Assembly: GCA_038248955.1 (NCBI GenBank) | Contig: JBBRWW010000001.1 | Location: forward strand, 25-64,024 | Direction: 5' to 3' | DNA from: Lysobacterales bacterium | GTDB lineage: Bacteria > Pseudomonadota > Gammaproteobacteria > Xanthomonadales > Xanthomonadaceae | Length of the DNA: 64,000 nucleotides | In this document: in pieces, positions 63,335 through 64,000 of the stretch | How positions within the stretch are numbered: position 1 is the first letter of the stretch | Layout: every line of letters begins with the position of its first letter | Notes under the pieces: generated by a model | Seen by the model: the letters and a program-made list of their open reading frames with translations, nothing else | Databases searched by the model: none | What the model was told of the DNA's origin: nothing | Made by a program: the position numbers and the translations under genes

Positions 63335-63943
63335 CTACCTCAGGGTACGCGTCGCCTCATCCACCAGCCCGAGTGCCGCCAGCCACTGCCACGACGACTG
63401 CGCGTCGTGATCGAAGTACGCCTGCGCCGATCCGAGCCGGAACGTGTAACCCCATTGATCCATGTCAGCCAGCACGCGTTGCCTGCCAACGCCGGGCAAC
63501 GCGTCGCCGAGCAGCGCCTGTAGCACGCACACCGCATCTTCCTCCTCGACCGAGTCGGTGGCGTCGGTGTGCACCCGCTCGCGACGTTCGGGCGGCAGCA
63601 CGATCAGGTGCGCCGCCTCGTGCAGCAGCGAGTGCACCGGCGTGTCGCCGCGGGCATGGACGCAGCTGCCGATCAGCCCGGCTTCGGCGTCGCCCCAGTA
63701 GCTGCCGGGAATCGGCTCGCCATCGGCGACCCGCCGCAACTCCAGTCCATAGCGGCGGAGCAGGGCGACGATGTCGGGGAAGGCAATATCGGCCAGGGTC
63801 AGCACGTAGTCGAATGGGTCGATCGTGGCCGGGCCGGTTGAAACGGCCGGACCAGCAAGACGCACCGCAGGGTGCCCGATGGGCGAGAGCCCACAGCGAG
63901 ACGCCGAGGGCAACGCGTCCAAGGGCCGCTCCTGCGGTTGCAT
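63335..63943 (-). CDS. hypothetical protein with an HExxH motif (putative metallopeptidase-like)
   Basis: 202 aa. HSLLHEAAHLIV is followed by an acidic stretch DATDSVEEEDAV. The start lies 6 nt after the stop of an upstream co-oriented ORF. Confidence 0.55.
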   Translation of the reverse strand: MQPQERPLDALPSASRCGLSPIGHPAVRLAGPAVSTGPATIDPFDYVLTLADIAFPDIVALLRRYGLELRRVADGEPIPGSYWGDAEAGLIGSCVHARGDTPVHSLLHEAAHLIVLPPERRERVHTDATDSVEEEDAVCVLQALLGDALPGVGRQRVLADMDQWGYTFRLGSAQAYFDHDAQSSWQWLAALGLVDEATRTLR

Positions 63944-63949
63944 TGGCGA

Positions 63950-64000
63950 TCAGGCCTGCGCCGCTGAATCCGGCAGCGCGACCGAAATGTCCAGCACCTT
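63950..64000 (-). CDS. partial CDS, C-terminal 16 codons; the gene begins beyond the window end
   Basis: The reverse strand reads ...KVLDISVALPDSAAQA* with high GC3. The stop is 6 nt upstream of the next ATG. Function unknown. Confidence 0.3.
   Translation of the reverse strand, partial: KVLDISVALPDSAAQA

Overview
This is a high-GC gammaproteobacterial chromosome segment. Its gene content and order look Xanthomonadaceae/Lysobacteraceae-like, judged from the translated proteins only; no database search was run. I call about 63 tightly packed protein-coding genes, many with 4-nt ATGA/GTGA stop/start overlaps. Most of the window is conserved housekeeping: parE; pyrG-kdsA-eno-ftsB-ispD-ispF-truD; surE-pcm-yqaA-nlpD; yhbY/rlmE-ftsH-folP; miaA-hfq-hflX-hflK-hflC-(DUF2065)-purA; and gcvP preceded by a tandem glycine riboswitch. 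Two stretches look more accessory. The first (about 38.6-48.9 kb) holds a UvrA paralogue lacking the UvrB-binding domain, a hemerythrin, a frameshifted receiver-domain gene, a glycine-zipper protein, a cardiolipin synthase, a DUF1003 protein, a rhodanese, an ECF sigma factor fused to a membrane domain, and a YegD-like Hsp70. The second (about 52.5-64 kb) holds a second PLD/cardiolipin-synthase paralogue, a VOC protein, an MFS pump, a Rieske oxygenase coupled to an amino-acid permease, an M2/ACE-like peptidase, a YbhP/YbhN-like pair and an HExxH hypothetical. I found no rRNA, tRNA, CRISPR array, transposase, integrase or phage genes. I did not find a convincing, clearly novel multi-gene system such as a defence island. 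The best candidates for follow-up are the sigma/membrane-domain fusion with its di-cysteine rhodanese, and the Rieske oxygenase-permease-mini-regulator module. Lesser candidates are the class-II UvrA paralogue and a DnaA-box-like repeat cluster upstream of putP. Many very long ORFs in the six-frame track are antisense artefacts of the high GC content and were rejected.
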